DNA of 64,000 nucleotides from Yuukianura sp. NJ FZ-2021 (Eukaryota). Under the pieces are notes generated by a model. It was not told the origin of the DNA, did no database searches, and worked only from the letters and a program-made list of their open reading frames with translations. Below, piece by piece: positions 49,101 through 61,200 of the stretch; position 1 is the stretch's first letter, and the number at the start of each line of letters is the position of its first letter. The stretch spans positions 5,022,001-5,086,000 of the forward strand of contig CM102284.1 of the NCBI GenBank assembly GCA_046563655.1, read 5' to 3'. Made by a program: the position numbers and the translations under genes.

Positions 49101-52100
49101 CAGATACAAATGGATTGAGCTGCTAAAAGATTATGTCAGATCGTGAATCATAAATCTTCTCAAATTTTTCTAAACTGAGGGAATTCAGTTTATTTTTAGT
49201 TTTCAAATCCCAAAGTGCTTTTTCATTTACCCAAAGCAGCATTGCGCGTGTGCGGTGCCTGCGGTTTTGTGTGCAGCGGTGCGCAGGATTCATGAAAAGC
49301 TTGTAGCAACGAACACAAACACAGCCAAAATAATTCCAAAAATAGGAATTAGCTCAAAATGGGTGACAACGGTTTGGATCAAAGCGAGGCAGTAGCATGC
49401 AACGACCAACAGCTCACTCCAACAACAGCCAATGGCTAAAGCTGATGTCGTAGGCTCACCTTGGGATGGTCCTTTGTTCTTAAGGATTCCGCGGGGGTGC
49501 CCTTGAGACGAGCCCTTGGTGTCCATTCCGCTGGGACCGGTCGGAGGTGGTTCAGAAGTAGCTTTTTTCCAAACTCTGGGCGCTGATTGGTCAGAAGTTT
49601 GGGGATCCACGGCTTCCGCTTCAACGTCAATGTGTTTCTCCTGTTCCAAACCGGAAGCGACTTCAGTTTCGTCAGATTTTTTCGGATCTGTCCGCCTCCA
49701 TGATTTGGCAGAATCTGCTGGCGGAGTGACCGGAGTTGGCGATTCCAGCTCGGCAATGGCTGCTTGCCACTTTGTCTCCTTCTGGGATGGTCTGGACGGT
49801 CGCTTTTTACGAACTTGCGGAATCGGCTCATTGGTGGAAACGCCTGGAGCAGAAACGTCGTCGTCACCGCAATTATCTGCGTCTTTTACAAGTGCATCGA
49901 TTAAATCATTCAGTTCTTGCTCACTCTGAGACGGATGTTCTGGAACTGATCCACCTCCAGAAAATCCTTCCAAACTGATTTGTCTGATTCTACGCGGAGT
50001 TGGCAGAGGATGGAAGACCATAGGCTTAGAATTTCCAGCTATCGCTTCATGAGCACGTTGAAGCGAATCGAATTGTTTGGGAACTTCAGACCAACTCCGT
50101 CGTTTTGGTCCTTCAGTCTGACTCGGCCCGAGACTAGATGACCTTGGATCGGCGTAACTTCCTGGTCGTTGATTTTGCCCTGGCGGGAGCCCAAATGTAG
50201 CAAAATAGTCATCAATTTCTGCCAGATGAAGTGGAGCTTGTGCTTTTAGTTCGTCGATTGGTGGAGAATTAGATGGTGTTGTCGGCAGAGCGTCAACAAA
50301 AACGTCATTGTCTTCTTCTGACACTGGGGTTCTAACAGCAGCCACAGGGTCAACTTTAGCCTGTTTTGGTTCATCATGGTCTTCAAAACTTTGCAGAATT
50401 AGGTCAGTCCAAGGTCGTCTAGGAGCGTTCGGATCTACTGGAGGTGGGGCAGGCTTTACCGGCGGTTTCAGCAGCTTGAACTTCTTTTTGATGGTGGATT
50501 GGGGTGAAGGTGGACGGTAAACAGTGTCCGGAGCTCCATATTCCTCCAGGTTTGCCTGCTCAACCCAACTGGCTTGACGGAAGCTTGATCTCGACGGGGT
50601 CAGTGACCTTGAAGATCGTTGACCTTGCCCAGCTAGATCGCTGTAGGAATTCCACTTGCCAATTTCTTGTCTGAGAGATGAAGAGGGATTTGGAGGATTG
50701 ACGATATGCGAAATGTTGGCTGAAAGGGATCGAACAGCTCTCAGTTTCTTGTTTCCAGCGCCAGCGTTCAAGTCCGGTTGAATGTTGTAGTTGAATACAG
50801 AATCGCTGCTGCCGTTTCCGGGTGTCTGTTGAGGACTAAACAGCCTTGGTGTCCAATTTCTGTTCAAATTATTTTCTTGACTCAAATCTTTCCGCAAATT
50901 TCGAAACGCTTGATCGTCCTTGACAATATCAGGATTCTTGACATGGCGGAATAATGGTCGAAACTTTTCTTTGGGCGTGGCATGAAGGTAGTCACTCGGA
51001 GGAGCTTTTGTGATTGGTCCCAGGGGAACGCCAAAAAGTGGTTGCGGCTCTTCAATAATTCGAATCGCATTGGCGTCTCGAATACTCCGGACTGCGACGT
51101 CGTCAACAACAACGTCTGGTTCGATTCGTTTCCGACTACTGTAAGGGCTTGGAGACGGAGGCGGTTGTTCTTCTGGACATGGCGACACTGGAGGAGAAAA
51201 AGCTGGTGAAAAAGCCAAGTAGGATCCAGTTTGGCCCATGACTTCCCTTGTATCCGTGACCTTTGAACTTTCTCTAGAATCGTATTTCCGCTTGGCCATA
51301 TCGTCATTGACCCGGTCTGGAACACCTGAAATAACGTATACCTCAACTTTAAATGAAAATCTTATAAATTGTATAAAAATAAACAAAATGTATAAAAATG
51401 ATTTTTTTTTAAATTTAAATTTTTTTAAGATTGTTTGAAATTCTGGTTTCAAAACAATTGTAATTTGAATTTTTGACAAATTGTTCATAAATTTCTGCGA
51501 AAATTGCGGAAAAAAAGGGGGAGTGGCCTACGATATATCTCAAAATTCAAAAATTCACGTCCACCAAGTCCAGAGACCACGTTCCAGAGTTCCGCTCCGA
51601 AACGAAACAGCAAAAAACACACTAAACCGAATTTTAACATAAAGGAAAGAGAAAGACATTCCGGGAAACGAAAGTAAGAGTAAAAGAGTAAGTTAAGTTA
51701 CCTTAAATTAGAAATTATTAGTTAAACTAAAATTAATCGTTTCTAATCCAGACTTTCTCGGGAAACAGGCAAACGACAAGCGATGGAAGTGGAAGTCGCA
51801 CAGACACAAGTGATTGAAAGTGAACAGGATAAGAATAAGGACTCAGCAGCACCAGTGTCAAGGTCACCTGCTACTGCACCAAAAACCGAGGAGGTAAGAT
51901 AAGAATGTGAGTAATTAGCAATTGAAATTAATACTTTAATTGGGTGACATGACCAGTCGATTTGTTAAAAGTAACAAGCTTGTGCTGTCTATAGTCATTC
52001 AAAGCGTCGTGTAGTATTCTGATTTCTGATTGATGTACTGTCAACTCTGAGGGGAAATCTCATTCGAAAACTTAGGAATATTTTTATGAATGTATAAAAT

Positions 52101-55100
52101 CATACTTCGTTTTTATGAACTTTACACATTACATATTTCTTGTAACTTTAATGTTTGTAGAACGTGTCCGAAACAACACTTCGCAACCGGAGATGGAGAC
52201 GTGAAGAAAAAGAGAAACGCAAGGGGATTGTTGGGAAACTGGAAACAGCTTTAGAAAATGCTGCTTGGAAAGAAAGACGACTGGCAAAGAAGAAGCGGAA
52301 AAAGGAAATGAAGGAGGAGAACATGAAGCAGGCTAAATTAGCAAGACGAGAAAGATGGATTGAAAGAGTTGAACAATTCTATGGCCTTAACCAACAACCG
52401 AGTAACTCTAAATAAGTTTACTTAAAGTAGAACTACAGTACACCACAAGCAGGTTAGTTCAGAAAATTAAATTAAAGATTCAAAGTTGCTGAGGAAATTA
52501 TCGTATCACCCTCCATACTTTCTTGTACTCTTTACGGAAATATATAATGTAATTTGTAACTCCGATTTATCAATCCTCACCTGATCTCCTCAGTGGCGGA
52601 GCTCTAACACGTCGACGTGATCCATCCGTACTTCCACTTCCAGAAGTAGTTGCAACCGACTCGAGTGATCCCGAACCCAAGGAAGATGCAAATCGAAAGT
52701 ATCTCGGAGTTGAATACGGCACAGGATCCTTCTCACGCAGCTCTTGATGAGGTGTCGGAAGATCTCGACGTTCAGCTCTGTCCAACAAATCTTCATCTGA
52801 CAGTCGCAGACTCTTGTACATGTCTTCAAGTTCATTCAGTGCATCTTCTAGGTTCTTTCCTGGACTTTTTCTGGAAGAAGCCTTCTGCTCCTTCGCAGTA
52901 GGTTGTGCCACTTCTGCTTGGACCGGCGCAACTTTCTTTGCCGATGGCAACGTAGGAGGTGGTGACGGCGTGTAACCCTTGACATTGAGTCGTTCACAAG
53001 CTGACTTTGATTCTCCTGATTGGCTGGGAGTGGGCGTTGTGATTTTGAATTCCGAAGACTTGATTCTTCTGGATCGATGATGATGAGCTGAACCGGGATG
53101 AACTTTTGTTGAAGGAATTTTTGCTGAGCTATTTTTAGCTGATCCAAAAATATTTGGACTTGGAGTTTCAGCTGAGAAGGAACTTAGAGAGCTAATGGAT
53201 TCATTGGAACGGAGCATTCCGATTGGTGGAGTTGACAGAGTAGGTTCTGTTGGTGGTGGTGAATAGATTTTGGCATGTTTTGGCACTGGAACTGGTGAGC
53301 TGTCAGCAGATCGAATTCGAGCTCGAGTCAGAGGAGACTGTTCTCTTCTAAAATTTTCAAAATTGGAATTTTCTCGTTTCAAATTTTGTAAAGTTGGACT
53401 TTGTTGTTGATGAAGTGACCGGCCTAGCCTGTCTGACTTTGGCCAAGATCCTTCTCCACTCGATTGTTGCAATTTTCGAACAGGAAATCCCATTTTAGAA
53501 ATTGGCAAATTTTGATTCACTTCCTCATTTTTCATGCTCAGTGGAGACGCTAAGTGTTTTCTGACTCTTGGCTCATGTTGTTGATCATAAGTGGAGCCAG
53601 GGTATGGATAATCCTGTTGTGGTGTCCACCTTCCTTGTTGCAAATTGTTGTTACCGTAAATTGTTGGAGTATTGGACCGAAACTGATTATTGTTAGACCA
53701 CTGATGTTGCTGATTATAGCCATGGTGGCCAAATTTGGGCACGGGAGACCTACCCTGGTCGCCAATATTTCGCTGATCCTCAAAAAAGTATGACGCAGGA
53801 TGGTAAACATGCGAAGCCAAATTTTGATTCTGAGGTGTACGCGAATGCCCGCGGTTTTCAGGCGAAGGTGTGTAGTATACGTCGCGTAGAGTTTGTGGCG
53901 GCCCAAAATTTTCTGTTGGTTGATTATGTCGACGCAAGTTGGCATAAATCGGTTCCGTTTTGGGGTAAGACGAAGAAAAATTAGCAGGAAGACGCAAACC
54001 GGCTGTAATATCTTTGTCATCAGAAGCTGTTTCAGTGGTAATGAATTGCCGGTTCCCATTAGAGTCTCTTGTATGAGGTGATAATCGCTGTTTGGGAAGA
54101 CGGACAAAAACGGGTGCATCTTCTGGAAGAGTCTCCTGGGTATAAACAATTCGAGCTTCCCACCTCGGCTGCTGTCTTCCAGGCCCCTCAGCTCCACCCC
54201 CACCACCATAAATATTTGGACTAGAATTTGAAACTTGGTGGTGCGGTGAACTCTGAAGACCACGAGTTTTGGTTGCAGGACTGACTCGAGCTGGAGTTCG
54301 TCTATTTTGTCTTCCGGTAAGTGACGAGTGAGATCCGCCGTGACCTGCCATGACCTCAAGTTCGTCTTCTCCATCTTCACCCGAAGAAGTGTCGATTAGA
54401 ATTGATTCTCGACGGGCTTCAGCTCGAGCCTTGACGGCTTCCTTGGCAGCGGCCCTTGACCCACGTGACAGCGACGAACTCCCTTCAAGGGATAGGCTGA
54501 GGGAACCACTGCTGGAGTAATTGGCGTTTCCTGGATTTAAAAGATTCGGCGGAGCCAATTTGGTTGTTTCCCAACTCTGTACAGCTTCCGGTATACTTCT
54601 GCGATGCTGAACCGGATGACTCGGTACTTTGAGAAAACCTTCCACCGGTTTCGATCCGTCACCGGTTTTCGGTTTCTTCTTTTTCTTGGATAGACGACGT
54701 AGAAAGTTTGTCCTTGGCTCACTTTCAGGACTTGACTCTGAATCGGGCGACTGAAGAGTACCGACTACTGCCGGAGGCTGTTCGGCCGGATCGAATTGAA
54801 TTGGAACTGGAATTGCAGAGTTGTTGGCTGCAGGACTCTTGCCTTTTTCTTTCCGCTTGAAAAGTGCGCCAAATGACCAACGTTTTGTATTTTCTTTTCC
54901 ATCGGGAGTGTGACCGGGTGAGGACAGTTGAGTAGCAAAAGTAGGACTGAGAGACTGGCGCGGGTGACTCGGCATTTCCGAACCGGATCCGATTTCTGGA
55001 TAGGATTCAATCAGGTCCAAGTCTTGGTTTTTCGGCTGAACGGAAAGTGTGGTTGGGCGCACTGCTAGACCAGGTCGTCGCCAGTGTACCGTCGTCAATT

Positions 55101-55284
55101 CATCTTGGATGTCCGCGGGTGATGCTTCAACGTGATGCTGCTGATTTCGCCAATGAAGGCCAGCTTGGTTCTCAGCCGACGGAGATCGGTGAAACGGTAC
55201 AAAATTTCGGTTTGACGTAGGCGACGTAGGTGTTGCACTACCAGGCCAGTAAAGATCAGCAAGGCGTTCCGGTGGTTCAGAAGT
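46132..55284 (-). CDS. Very large (>2000 aa) low-complexity protein, 5' end not located; exons 55284-52581, 51325-49460, 48325-48147, 48040-46719, 46608-46440, 46365-46132
   Basis: All six exons join in frame through GT-AG introns. Conserved-looking islands: LEDALNELEDMYKSLRLSDEDLLDRAERRD, RRSG|VPDRVNDDMAKR, PDIVKDDQAFRNLRKD, LSMTVAQKATHF, KLSLHDRVQMFNRL. Confidence 0.8.
51783..52415 (+). CDS. Small nested antisense gene encoding a 121-aa basic coiled-coil protein; exons 51783-51893, 52161-52415
   Basis: ATG exon with donor gag|gtaaga and acceptor tttgtag|aac join in phase 0; K/R/E-rich helix; lies wholly inside intron 52580-51326 of the - strand gene. Confidence 0.55.
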
Positions 55285-58200
55285 CTAGAAATAAAAAAAA
55301 ATTAAAAATTACAATTTCAAAACATTTTGCACCCAACAAGGTCTAGTCGAAATTCAAAATTTCAGAAAATTTAGTTTCGCTTGACCTAAAGATTTGACCT
55401 CTCGAGTTGGAGTTTGGAACGTGACTTTTACTTCCAACTCCTCAAATTTTCGCACTCAGGAGAAAGGTTTTGAATTTTTAAAATGAATTTTGGGAATTTT
55501 TTCTTTCGAAAGCACTTTTCGTTCAAATGTATCCAAAAGTGAAAGTGTAGCAATCTTTTTCTACTTTGCGGAAGAAGCTGAAACGTGAGTCTCTTATGGA
55601 GGTCTAAACTGAGACTGAGAAGCCTCAAGCCAAAAAAGTCCTTCCAAAACGCACAAGCCGAAATCCGAAAACCCTCAGCAGAAGAACATTAGAACAGCGC
55701 TACGCTTTTTAGAAAAAAAAACTAACTCAGAAAAAATTACATTTACCCTGGCACCGTTTCTAATCTTGTCACATACTACTTTAAACCGTAAGAAGTTGCG
55801 AGTTCTAAGCTTTTAAGAAAAAGTAATCTTCCTTCCAAGAACTTTTTAAGAAAACAAAACTATCCGCATCCATTTCAAACGTAATAACAATTTTCAAAAG
55901 TTTTTTTTAAGAAGTTAAAAACTGAAGTTTCAAAAAGCTGGAAATGATATTGGAAACTATTGAAGTGGAAAACGAGAAATGAATGGAAAGCACATGTGAA
56001 AGTGAAACTGTAAAAAAAAGATGGGACTGGATAAGAATGGACCGGATGTTGAAACCGGAAGTCGGAAGTTTTGAAACGGTAAAATTCGGTGAAACCGGTT
56101 TTAAAAACACGTTTTCTACAATTTGGAAAAAAACATCACTTTCTTTGCGGTTTTTAACCCGAAACGAATAAAAATTAGGCTTGTTTTGGTAAAGTGTCAA
56201 TATTTTGTGGTTATAAAATTAAAAATAAGAAACTCCGCTATTACATTTTTCTAAATTTCCTCCTCCCGCCTGCTGTCTAACTTTTCTAAACAAGTTTTCT
56301 GGCATCTTGACAGTGTTTTTTCCTTGTCCCCGTGTCACTAATTTTATGAGGCGAGTCAAAAATTTTCAAAAAAGCTTAACATGAAAGGATCTTTTCATTT
56401 TCGTTGTTTTTAGCATAAGCTACAGCCGCTTGCAGCGTTTTCTCCGAATCTCGGAACGCTGAAAGATCCAAATCCTAAAGGACTCGTCACTTCTCTCCAA
56501 TTTGGCACCCCTACCCAAATCCTATTTAGAAAAATTCTTGTTTAAAAAAAAAGTTTCTTGATCATTCTGGATCGAGTCCAAATGATCTTGACATGACACA
56601 CCAACCAATAACACTTTACTCATACTAAACTATCCTACACACCACCACGAATGCTGCCATCGGCACGGTGCCATACAGTCCACCGTGCCTGCTAATACTA
56701 TTTGCTTATTTTTGTCCCTAGAGAACAATGCTCTTACGTTCAGGAATGTCCACGATTTGCCAAAAAGTATTTTTTGCCAAATAGTTTTAGTCAACCCCAC
56801 CCCCAAAAAGTCACAAACGGTTAAAAAATGGGACAAAAAAAATCCGTTTTCACCGAAACATTTTCAAATTCATTCGGTTTTTCAAAAAATTTGAACTTAC
56901 GCGCCCTGTCGCCATGTTTTCTTCCTGAAAAAGGCGTTCCCTTCCAGGAAAAGCGGTACACTGACAGTACTTCTTCCAGAAAAACTTGTCGATCAAAATT
57001 TACAACAGTATCAGTGGATCAAATTTGTTTCAAGTGTAAAACAAATCGAAAAAAGCTCTTGAAAATGAATTTAGTCTACTCTAGATAACCAAAACTGCAC
57101 AAAATTAGGCTAAAACTGAAACAATGGGAAAGTTTAACTCTAAAAATGGAATGGCGATTTAGGCGTGGTTGGAACGTTGCAGAACTGTGTCATGCTGCTA
57201 CCAGAAGAAGGAGCGATAGATCAACTAATGGATATTTGCTGTATCCAATCGAAACTGCAGAGACAAGTGTAGTTGGAGATGTTTCATACTTAAATTGGGA
57301 TGAGTTACAAGGACCTAACTAAAAAGTTACACGCCAAAACATATTCAATTCTAACTCAACTTTATATCACCACAACTAGGATTCTAGACTAAAAGTATTA
57401 ACTAGGATAGTAAAAACGAGGAAATAGAATACTGCACTGTTGGTTGGCTCTACTAAAGTGCAAGTGACGATAGGTATAACGGTGTTTTTCGAGCACTAGA
57501 AGGGGGAGGATTCATCTGTTTATTTAACTAAATGGGCACATTAAACAGACGCCGAAATGATTCTGAAAAAGATTTTACTACTTTTTCCATTTAAAACTCC
57601 AACTATTACTGCACAGCAATTGTTCATGTGCAAGCAAACCAGAAACCAGCTTTGAGCCATGCATGCCCCTGAATACTCCGTTCTTTCAAATTCAATTCAA
57701 TTTTATGAAAAGTTTCAAAAATTGTGCAAATGAAATACGATTCATAAAGCTGCGTAACAAAAGAGTTCATAATGAAAATTATATCAAAACGTACAAAAAA
57801 AAACGCACAATAAACCACAAATTGCAGCTCGCGGAGTTCCGCTATGCGCCAGGCTTAACCTAAACTCTGCTTCTCTACTTTTTTTGAAAAAAAAAAGTTA
57901 GTATAATATCGTCAGTGCTTTTCACTGATTTAGAAAATTGCAATTTCAGGATCCTGAAGCGTTAACACTTAACAAAACGTGTGTTTTTCAGTGGAAATTG
58001 AAGCTTATGCGGCAAAAGATTGTAAGTTGCGATTAGTAAATCAAAATTACACCTTGTGCGCAAAGTGTAATTAGTAGTGTACTCCATAGTTTACCTTTTA
58101 TCTTTTCTAGGAAGTAACTCTCAAAGGTACTTCCAAATGAGATCACAACATGAAAAAAACATTTGAACTTTGACCTTACCAAAAATTAGTTCAGCGAACT

Positions 58201-61200
58201 CATATCCGTAACTCCTTGGAATTATCAACACCTTCAACTGAAATTCCTTCTTGTTTAAACACAGTATTTGAACAGCAAACAAACTTTGAAATAAACGTCA
58301 AAAACTTTTTAAGAGCACAGGAAAAAACTTTGGAATTAAGCTCTGCAAATAGGTTAGCTTAAGAATAGTAGGTGTTCTGCTCTAGACTAGTTTTTGTGCT
58401 GGAGTAAAAGTTAATGTTGCAAAAAAACGGAAGTTGTGCAAATATTTGCGCAATCAAACTTCCAACTTTGGCGTAGGTAAAATAGAACCAGTTTCTGCTT
58501 CTGTTTCAGTGGAATAGTCACCCTCTGCTAAATTTTTTGTTTGCGAAATTAATGCAAGGACACCTTTTTTCAGTAGAATTTGAACAATAAAATCCTCCCC
58601 ATGATTTTAGCACGCAGTAGTGGGAAGCAACTGCAGTAAAAACTAAAAGACACCCTAACTAACCATATACTAACTAAAAGTGTTGCTGCACTGAAGCGAA
58701 AAACATGAAAGTGGTGACGAAGAGTCCAAAGACAACAATGGTAAACTTTAAATGAAGTTTTTTCCAAATAATTACATTCAACAGCCTCAATTTATAGTCC
58801 ATTGTCTTTTTACTCTTTCAAAAGAACTTGTAACAATTGGAAAATTCAATTGTGTCAAATTGGAAAAACGGAAAGACGATAGAAACTAGGTGAAAATAAT
58901 TTTGAGACGAAAAGACTGGTCTTAGTGCTTGAAAACTTTTTCATTCTAAAATATGACAACTGTAACGACTCACATTTTTTTAAGAATTTTGACAAATTGG
59001 AACCGGAAAACCGCACCGCTAGAACTAATTTGTAAAAACTTGCAAGGTTGACTCGGCTTGAACAGAACACACCAAGCGTAGTAGTTGAAGGTGTCAAAAT
59101 GTCTTAATTGACCACTTAACGCTTCAACAAGATGAGAAACGTCTGGATTATAGTCTGTCAAGGACGTTCAACATTTTGTGTTCCTTTGTGTTCGAATTCT
59201 GTTCTATTAAAACTACAGTTAACGTTAAACCATTAGCTTCTGCTGAGCTCAAAAGCTAAACTGTGCCAAGGTGAACATTTTTCCAAACAAAAGGAACAAA
59301 AAGAAGCCATTTCAATTTCCGATTGTAATTTTCAGGTGATTTTTGGCCAATTTCCTTTTGTTTACCCGTTCGTTCCAATTTTTTGCCTCATCACTTTTGT
59401 ATTTTTTTTGAAAACCCATTTTCACGCAGACAAAAAAGTGTTGGGACGCTTTGGTATAAAATCCCAACCTCAAATTTTTGAAAACTTGTAAAAACTTGGC
59501 CATCAAATTGTCAAAATGCAATTCCTCGGTATACAATTTCCAATGAAAGTTTGTTTAGCAAACGCGCAATAACGAAAGCTACGGAAATTAAAGGCTGAGC
59601 TGAAAAAGCTTTGACAAAAGTTTAAGCTGACTTGGAATCATGAAAATTCCAAAATCAAAACTACACAGCATGAAAATGCTTGGTGCAAAATAAATTTTGA
59701 ACACAGAAGCCGAGCTGAAATGCTTTCTGTGTTGGAAAACGTGCCAATTTGTTTAAGGGGTTGTGTCACAGTTCAAGGGATTGCAGAAAGTTGGTGCCAA
59801 AGCTCCAGCCACGCGTGACCTACATAACTGCAACTGCTGTTTGACCTCTCTTTGTTTACAATAAACACCCAGATGACTCCTCGTTTCTTTTCCGGATTCA
59901 ACACCAATTGGCAGACTTCAACGCATCAACATTAATCTTACAGCAGCCTAATGTTTAGCCATGCGGTCCAATGTTAGTGTTCTCCTGTTCAATCAACGCC
60001 AGATAAACCTCTCCGAAAAAACACAAAAACTTTTAGCACAACTGTTCCACAGGTTTTTACAAACCGATGATGTTTTCGCAAATTGTTCAAAAAACAGAAG
60101 AAAATTGAAGAAAAAACAACTGAACTTTTGAAATGAATTCTAAAAAGCATTAGAAATATTAAATCAGGAACATTTCAAACAATTGAATAATTCAGAATTC
60201 ATGTTATTCTCAGCACATATTTCATTTTCTACGGACACAAAATTACTATCACAGCTTTTTTCTAACAAAAAAATTTTCAAACACTTTTAACTCCAACTCC
60301 ACCACACACTTTGCTCCGCAGAATACAAAATTTGTACTGTTTCCCATTTTTCCTCATTGTCAAAAACAAAAAGTTTTTATGATGAGTCAATTTCATTTCA
60401 AAAAATTGTGTCCACAATATTTTTTGAAGTCAAGTCACACATTCTACGTGCCTATTTCCTCACAAAAATTTTATGACATGATTGTATCTCTGTTGTAGAA
60501 TAGAGTCATAAGGACCCGTTTAGAACAAGTTTAGAATTGGAAAAAGAGTCCGCTGTGTCAACAGAGATGATGCAAAGTGCCCTGCCCTTTCCTGTTTTAA
60601 AAAGTACACAGAGAGATACTTCCTATGCGAGTTCCTAAACACTAAAGTTCCTATTTGCTTTCCTTTGTCGTGTCATGTCGTGTCATAAAGAGAAATGTTG
60701 GTCTGCATGTCAATGTAAAGGGGCTGGGACTTCAATTCCATTGTTTGTCTAAATGTTAATTGTTCTCTTAAGTCTGAGACTTGTTTCAGAACAACCAAAA
60801 AATCAAGGCTTGGACATAATATGTGAGCGGCTTGGTTTGGTCATTGTCGGTTGGCATAAGAAACTAAATGAACAAAAGTGTTCCACTGCCCCACAAAATC
60901 AAAACTTGAATTTTTGAGAACCAACGACCCATGCACTTGTCAGAATGAAAATATGTACTCCGGAGCCTACAAGAAAGAAATCATGTGTTGGAACTCATTA
61001 ACTCTCAAGAATCAGTTTAGTCACTTCATTGTTGAAATAAAAACCAGAACTTGTATAACTGTAATCATTAAGTACGATGAGAGTCCAAATGTCATTCATT
61101 TTGTTACATAAAGTGTTACAAAAACTAATCATGCATGGATAATTGAATTTTATGAAGTAATCGATTGAGCTCTGATCTTCCTCGAAACACGACACGAGCT

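Noticed and set aside
37038-54081. Numerous + strand ORFs overlapping the EMSY-like and giant - strand exons
   Set aside because: Antisense shadows of long coding exons; 52164-52415 is the exception and is treated as part of the nested gene.
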